Positions 55,958-64,000 of a stretch of DNA of 64,000 nt are shown here, in pieces. The notes beneath the pieces are model-generated. The model worked only from the letters and a program-made list of their open reading frames with translations. It had not been told where the DNA came from and made no database searches. The position numbers and the translations under genes are program-made. The first letter of the stretch is position 1; every line of letters begins with the position of its first letter. Source of the DNA: the human T2T-CHM13v2.0 reference genome, Homo sapiens; assembly GCF_009914755.1 (NCBI RefSeq), contig NC_060927.1, one strand, 5' to 3'.

Positions 55958-58900
55958 TGAGAACACCTTTAATCTCTTCAGACCACCTCAGCTGGAATGG
56001 TTTTGAACTTCAGGTGAAAACTGAATCAAGTATTGGAAAGTTTAGGAAGGACTCCTACTCTTTTCCTCTCTCTCCACAAGTCCTTGGGGGGAGTTCTATT
56101 CCTGTTCTGCAGAGAAAATCTGACAGAGATGGATAGGAGGCAACATGGAGCGGAAGAATATAAATGTGGAGCATGCCAATTTTTAATATTCGATGCCATC
56201 CAGAATTATGTCAGAGGCAGAGTGAGATTAATTGGGGAATTAAGTTTCCTCTTTTCTTATTCTATGCCTTTCCCTCTCAAACTCTTCTCCTCAGCCAGGG
56301 AGGTTATCAAATGACACGCAGAGTTTTTTTCTCCATTATTCTTAGCACTAAGGACCCATTAGGCAGCACTGATGTTTCCTGGGATCAAACAATCAATCAT
56401 TTCTTTCTCGGAAACGGGGACAGAGTGATTACACATTTTGTTCTGCTTTTTAAAAGCTATGGCTGGGGAGCTAGCATACACATGATAAAAATACTTTCCA
56501 ATTGATACACAGCTATTATTAGAGCTGGTATTTACTTAAATGGTTTGTGTCACCATATTGCATTTACTGTATTGTGTCAACGGAGGAATTTTTAACTCCA
56601 CAAACAGATTTCTTTTTTTGATGCTGCTTAACTGCTCTGATTTACATCTGTAATTTCTAGACATGGTTTCCACCTCCTAGAAAAGATAGCCCTCTCCCTT
56701 TTTTAAATTAAAGTTTTCATTTAAGGCAAAAAATTCCAGTTTTAAACCAAGTCCTAAATTCAGAACTCTTTATATATCTAAAAAACTGATCTGGCATAAT
56801 TGATTAATTCATAGTTTTGCCAAAGACCTTTACTGTATTTAGTGTAACAATATCTCAAATTAGATGCAGCTGGCCAGAGGAATATTCTTTTTAAGCAATG
56901 GCTACTGTATAAGATTCAGTCATAATTTTGATGATGAACGGAACAGATGACTAACAGAATCAGAAAGCTAATTCCTGTATCCCAATTCCTTTATTAGGTC
57001 TCCTCTTTCATTTCCAACTACTGCATTTAACGCCATCTTACAATGGAGTTCGATTGTTACTTGCCAAGTCAAAAGATCATCACGTTGTCTCAGATGTGAA
57101 ATCTCGTTTATGATAATAGGGACTGACCCAGTAAAAATAACTCTACCTCTGGATCATAGTGAAAGAAAGGAAAAAAAAAATTAAAGGAAAGAGCACAAAG
57201 GACTTGTGGTGTCTGTCTGGATCCCTTTAGTGAACTGCCCCTGAGACAAGCATCCTCAGGGGAAGTGAGAGTACCTGGGGGAAGTAAGAGTACCTGGGGG
57301 ATGCCAGGAAAAAGAGATGACCTGAAGATGATACCATGCTTCAAGCAGCCCCGAGCAGGATATCTGACACGGTGTAGACACTCATGAGATATCTTGTGAG
57401 GCTCATTAGATAATTAGAGGCTCATTTGATATTTTGAAATAACTTAAGTCAATTTAGGAGAAATTAGAGTATTTGGGGCCCAGATCCTAAAAGATGGATA
57501 TATTATTCTCCAAGTATAAATTAGGCATTTTGGAGAAATCTCAGCTATTCCAGGAATTAAGGGCATATGTCATTACTACAGGAATAGTAACAACATTGTG
57601 GAATTTCATAGAATCTCCCCTTCTCACACTCCTCCTCAAATTTCAAGGCTTTAAAAATACATTCATTATTTAAGGTTATAAATCCTCTGTAGGCTCTTTA
57701 GAGAGAATTTGAAACACACATAAAAATATAAAGAAAAAAATCAACCATAATGCCTTCACTTAGGAACAGACATTGTAAACATTTTGGCTTATTTCTCCCC
57801 AGTAATTTTGTAAGCACATGGTTACAGAACTAGGATAATACTGCATGTAAAGCTTCTCACATCATGCTTTTCAGAATTAAAAAAATATATAACATTTTAT
57901 TGTGATTAAAACGTGAATACATGTTTGTTGTAGAAAATCTGGAAAAAAACAGAAAAGTGTAAAGCAAGAACTAAAAAAAGAACTTCAATCTTGTCACTTC
58001 ACAGAAGCACTGTTAATATTTTGGTGACCTTCCCTTCTGGGATTTTTAATTTTTTCTGGTCCTTAACAAACCTTTGGACTTACTTGAGAGAGTTGAGGCT
58101 ATTTCTTCAGTGTCCAGTTACCATTTAACCAAGATGGAAGTTAAAGACCCCTGGAAAAGTCAAGCAGCTTAATAAAAACTAAATGGATTTCTTTTCCCAG
58201 TTGACGTTTGTTACTGTGACCCTTGAGGGTGGAGGGAAAGTACAGTACTATCTGGGAACAAAGATGCTTCATGAGTTGCAACCTATCTGATGCTCGCAAG
58301 ATGGGAGCCTTCATGTCCCTGCATTGAGAGGTGGGCTGGACAAAGGGAAAGGACCATGGGAGTCAATAATGTATGAATGGACATTATGGGGTTAAGAGGT
58401 AGCTTGAGATGCTGTCAAAGCCTCAATCATCAATTCTAATTCAAAATGTCTGTGCTATCAAAAATTATATTTAGCTCATAAAATTGATGATTTATATTGA
58501 ACAAAATCACACTAACCAATGGCCCCTCTTTTCCTCCCATGGGGCTTCTTTATTGTGATAAGCTAAGGTCATATAGATTATTGCCAAGAGGAATGAAACT
58601 CAATGGTCTCATAAAAACAGAAATAAAAACCCCAAAAATCATTATCCTGAATCTTATGTTTCACTGAAAAATGATTTTACCAAGTTGACTTCCAGGAGGC
58701 ATCGTGGTGTGGAACAGGCACTAGTGCAGCTCTGCCATGTATTTGTGTGTGAACATGGGCATGTTATTGTTACTCTGAGTTCTGGATTTATCGTCTATAG
58801 AACCAGAGCTAACTACTCCTCCTCTGCACAGGTAGTGAGTGGCTCAAATTGGCTAACATGGGAAAGTGTCTGGCACCTACAAAGGAGACAGTGTTTGTTA

Positions 58901-61900
58901 GTTCCTTGTTTTAAGTTCATGGACTGCCTCTCATGACAGTAAGTGTGGTTGGTATATTATGGGGCACTGGTTATATGCATCAGTGTTTATTGTCATGGAT
59001 TAATTTGAATATGGAGAATAACAATATTCTTCTTGCTTCTCACAGGTCTGCAGAATTGGAGAGAGCAAAAAGATTTGAGATAGGAAGGATGTTTCGGTTA
59101 TATATCTTGAGTAAAGGGAAAGTTTATGACAAACATAGCATACCCTTGTCATTAAAAAGTTAAATAATACATGAGTATATGAAGTAAATAATGAAGGCAG
59201 TCCACCCCCATCATACACACCACCATGGAAGTAAACACTGTCACCAACTGTGTGTGTGCACAGTTCCAGAACTCTCTCTATTCATCACATGTACATGAAC
59301 ACACATACTTGCGGCTTCACAATATTTGCTCAGTATTGTGGCAATTTCCTTGCATTAGTGCACCATGGAGGCATCTCGTTTTTAAAAAACAGCTGCAACA
59401 GTTCCCCAAAATTTGGATGAACCATAATGTAACTGACCAGTCTGAGAAAAGGAAGAGGTGCAAATGCCAGTTCTTTGAATGCTGTTGGAGCAACTGTGAG
59501 CAAATACTTTAAGACTCTTTTTGGCTCACTAACTTCATCTGCATAATGGGCAAAAGAATACCATTGCCACCCATGGCGTTATTACGGCATTATCACATAC
59601 TTCAAAGCATTTGACAAACACTAACGCAAAACCTGATGCTGCCTTTTATTTATTCCTGATTGGAGGAGGAAAGAGGAAGACTAGAGCCCATGCTAAAAGT
59701 GGGCACATTTCAGTTGTTTGTGTATTAATGTTTAATGCCAGAGCTTTGGGAAAGTCAGTGATGAAACATTTATGACAACTTGTTTGATAGCAAAACTGTT
59801 TGCCTTGGAATTTTAATTTTAGTCAGTTCTATTTTGATATAACTCCAAAGACCTTCGTTTCCCTCCTTTTTAGGGTGGTCCATTGTTCACTTGGGCAGAA
59901 ACCCTCGGATTCAGAGGGCTCTTTTTACTAATCTAAAGGAAATGGCAAGAGGGTATCTCCCTGTCTGCCTTATGAAGATAATACAGAAATGAAGCTGGGA
60001 TCTTTTTCAGTGCCCTTCAAAGAGGTGGGCTGGCCAGGCGTCTGGATTACTTAATTCAAGTGGTTGATGCCAGTAAGCAGTGGGAAGATAAGAGGCTAAA
60101 GGAACAATCACTATGGATCAGATGAATAAAAGCCCTTTCTGCACTCTCTCTCTCTCTCATATAATACTGTGGCATCTCACTTCTTACTAAGACAAGGCTA
60201 TTCCATCCTCTTGACAACAAGATAGGCTTTACTTCGCCTCTAGAATGGCCTCCAGCCCTATCTCTAGGTCACCAGCTCTTTCGCAAATGACACCAGCCTA
60301 TGCCATGCTGATGTTTTCTTCAACTTTTTTCTTGGATGTGGCATTAAAAAAAAAAAAAACGATCAAGGCAGAAAATCAAGGCTTTTGATTTTTAGGAGAG
60401 AGGAAAGGAAGTGGGGTGGCTCTAGTTCCCCAAGTTACTAAGGAAACACATCCCACCAGGATGTTGAAGTTCCAGGATGATAAGAAAGGATACTTACTGA
60501 GACTAGCTGAGACTGATGCATTAATGAAACTCAGTATCAGTCTCCACAACGACCCTCCATGAACTAAAGGTCAGAGTCAAGTGCACTTTGAGCTAAGCAG
60601 AAGGAATTTGGTTCTCAGACAGATTGCTCACTAAATCAGTTGTCCTCGCAGTTCATACAGGAATTTTTCAACTTCTTGATTCTACCTTGGATAATAAACC
60701 TATTGCATAATTCATTGGCTCTTAATCAAAACACTGTGGATCTTCAAAATTGACCAGTGAGTGCCCTGACTTGAAGCCCCTTTTTTCCTCTAGTCTGTTA
60801 ACTAATGAGTGTTTTCTACTTAATAGTTGCTGACACTTGGGAAATACTTTGAAAATATATTTGGGTTTCTTTTGGAAAAATGTTTCCATGATCAAAAAAC
60901 AGACCTTCTCATTTTATCAGGAACAAAAATCCAGTTACCAGAGCATTCTGCTAGCAGTGATGATATGCTCCTGCTGCTGCCTGTGGACCTGACTCTACTC
61001 CATGTTGCATATTTTTTAAAACTAGGAAAGTTTTCCTTAACTGGAGGACTACACTCTTATCACATATTTCAAGATGCTTTTCTGCTTTAATTCTCAGGTG
61101 TGGTGTTGTTTGTTCTGCCTCCTGGGAAGCAGCTTTCAAACTCATTGTTCAAGTGTCCTTGGAATGAAAAAGACAAACCATCCCGTCAAGGGAACAATAG
61201 TTTCTACTTAGGGGGAAAGTACATCTTGCCAATTTCAGTTTGCATTGTCCCAAACATGTTTGTAAAACTCTACCCTGAATTATCTGTGATGAATACAGTA
61301 TAAAGTTAACCCCCCACATGGAATGACTAACAAAAGCAGATGCGAAACAGCTAACAAAGAAAGCAAACACAAAGATAAAACAGCATGCGTCAAATCCTAT
61401 GTCAATCATAAGAAAATGTTTTTCACATCTAATCATCGAAGATTAAAGGCTGGATATTTAAGGAATGTGAAAGAGGATGTCCTTCAGCAAACAATTTAAA
61501 TAAGGTGAGAAGGCCATGTGGTGGGTGGAATGGGAAAAAAGAAATTTGAAAGGCAGACTTGGGGTTCGAGGTTCTATCTCTTCCATGAAATAGTTGGGTC
61601 AAAAGAGGTCATCTAACTAGTTTCCAAGACTCATTGTCACCACTTGTAGACAGAGACAATAGCAACAACAGCTCTCTATCCACCTTGTCAGGAACGAGGG
61701 AGGATCCAATGAGATAAGATACATGAAGTCACTATACAGTGCCATATAAATGTCTGCATTTCTAAAACAAAAGTTGGCAGTTGAAAGAGCAATGGCAAGT
61801 GAATGGATATGACTGTGGAGTTGTGGGAGCAGAGAATGGCCTGCACCTGCGGTCTGACCACCCCTGTTTCCCTGTCCCTCAGGAAGGCCAGATCATCAGA

Positions 61901-62059
61901 CCTTTTCAGGGGTGTAGGGGGGACTCAGGGGCAGGCCACTCAGCTATGGGGCTAAGCAAGGCTCTGGGACTTCTCTCCTGTTCACACTGATGGCCCTCCT
62001 TCACTAATTGTTTCCAGGGAAAAATCAAGTGTGTCCTAGCTTGAAAGAATAATTATTGA

Positions 62060-62200
62060 ATTAGCAGTTCCCAAACTCAGTGATGCATCAAGAATTACTC
62101 TGGGGGCCTTTATTTAAAAAGTACTAATTCTCACACTCCCAGACCCCTGCTCACCTTACAAAATCTGAATTGTTGGGGTCATACCCAGGAATACATATAT
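62060..62200. mobile_element. MER5-like hAT MITE fragment
   Basis: CAGTTCCCAAACT..GATGCATCAAGAATTAC..AAATCTGAAT. Confidence 0.55.
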
Positions 62201-62644
62201 TTTAATTATTATAATATTGAAGTATCAGATATCCAAGAAAAAGAGTGTCCCCAAATCCCAATCCCAAAGCATATCAATTTAAAATTTTTTTCCATTTTTA
62301 ACTTCTAATCCCCCCCCATAGGTATATTTAGTACTTTCTTACTTTTAATAATATCGGAGGATTTAATATTCTACAATTTTCATCAGCATTATCTGATTAA
62401 TATTTTTGTATTTCAATTGTTTCTTTTTACCTCCCTACACCCCTTCCAGATAACCACTGTTAAAACTTGTCATGTTTTCTTTCCTATCTTTCTCTATGCC
62501 AATAGAAACAAGCACATTTTTGGCCACTGCTTCTCTTACAACATGTATCTCCACATCTTGCTTCTTCCATTTAATAATGCATCATATAAATCCCTCCAGG
62601 TTCCTAGGTATAGAGCCAACTCATAGGTGCATAATAATCCATGG

Positions 62645-63068
62645 GGTATTAGTCCGGGTTCTCCACAGAAACAGAACCAACAGGAAGTACAGATAAATAG
62701 ATAGATAGAGAGATGGGTTGATCAAGGAATTGACTCGTGCAGTTGTGAAGGCTTGGTTAAGTTTAAAATCTACAGGACTGGCCACAGGCTAGAGACCCAG
62801 GGAAGAGTTGCAGTCAGAGTCCAAAGACAGTTGGCTGGTAGAATTTCTTCTCACTCAGGAGAGATCAGTCTTTGTTCTATTAAGGCCTTCCTGTGATTGA
62901 ATGAGGCCCACAGACATTATGGAGGGTAATCTGCTGTTCTCAGAGTCTATGAATTTAAATATTAATCTCATCTAAAAGCGCCTTTATAGAAACAGCCAGA
63001 ATAATATTTGACCAAATATCTAGACATGTGGTCCTGTCAAATTGACATATAACATTAACTGTCATATA
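62645..63068 (-). mobile_element. MLT2 (ERVL) solo LTR
   Basis: GTATTAGTCCGGGTTCTCCACAGAAACAGAACCAACAGGA; GATTGAATGAGGCCCAC; TTGACATATAACATTAAC. Confidence 0.85.
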
Positions 63069-63357
63069 CAGTAGGGACATACCCCAATTCATTCATTTCC
63101 CAATTCATTTCTCTATTAATGAACTTTTAGGGTTTTTTTCCTATATTTTTTTCTTCTATAAACAATGCTCAGTTATCAAAAACTTTTTATTTCCACTGCA
63201 TAGAATCTAAGAAAAAGAGATATAGGGGTTCAGCAGAATGGTTATTTGCAATTTTAATGATGCTGTGGGATCACTTCTGAAAGGAGTTTTTATTGTTCTT
63301 AGGGTGACCCTGACACAGATGGGTCAGCTCTAATTATTGAGAGTACAAATATACAAC

Positions 63358-63696
<339 letters not shown>

Positions 63697-64000
63697 TGAC
63701 ATAAAACCTTCTCCAGGGCTGAGACCTTAAAATCTTTCTCATTCGAGTGTGATGATGACTTAGGTTAACATATCTGATAACCGATGTTAATAACTTCTCA
63801 CCACCCACAGGCATGAAAGGCAGAGCTGTGGGAAGAAGGCTTGGGGACTCCTGAATGGCCCAGGGCAAGGATGGCACAAGCTCCTTAACCTGACTTCACT
63901 GGTGCCTTTGTAACTGCTGGATAATATTTTGAATATTAATTTATGTGTTTTTTTTTCTCCCCACTCTGTCCTATTTTGCCCCTTCTTTAGTCAAGTAAGG

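Overview
Human-like (primate) genomic DNA, identified from the protein as the PSMD6 locus; from recall this is 3p14.1, between ATXN7 and PRICKLE2. The only protein-coding gene I can support is PSMD6 (26S proteasome lid subunit Rpn7) on the minus strand. Its eight coding exons were traced by hand with GT-AG boundaries: 145+206+146+220+109+169+78+97 = 1170 nt, i.e. 389 aa plus stop. There is also an in-frame 159-nt cassette exon in intron 1. The first ~1.1 kb looks like the end of a plus-strand 3' UTR, probably ATXN7, converging on PSMD6. Beyond the PSMD6 CpG-island promoter (~21 kb) the window is intergenic and rich in Alu, L1, L2, MIR, MaLR/ERV LTR and hAT MITE copies. I found no new protein-coding system; nearly all other listed ORFs are repeat-derived or chance. 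The most unusual signal is a set of locally templated insertions and duplications: a ~350-bp inverted copy placed into an MLT1 LTR 3.2 kb from its donor, a ~165-bp copy placed into the G-rich tract of an L1PB 1 kb from its donor, a 35-bp dispersed copy, snap-back hairpins, and several short tandem duplications clustered near the PSMD6 3' end. Regulatory candidates include an ARE/MARE in PSMD6 intron 1 and a CpG-rich patch at 28.4 kb carrying a CTCF motif, a B-box and ETS motifs. Repeat subfamily names come from recalled consensus motifs and their boundaries are approximate.
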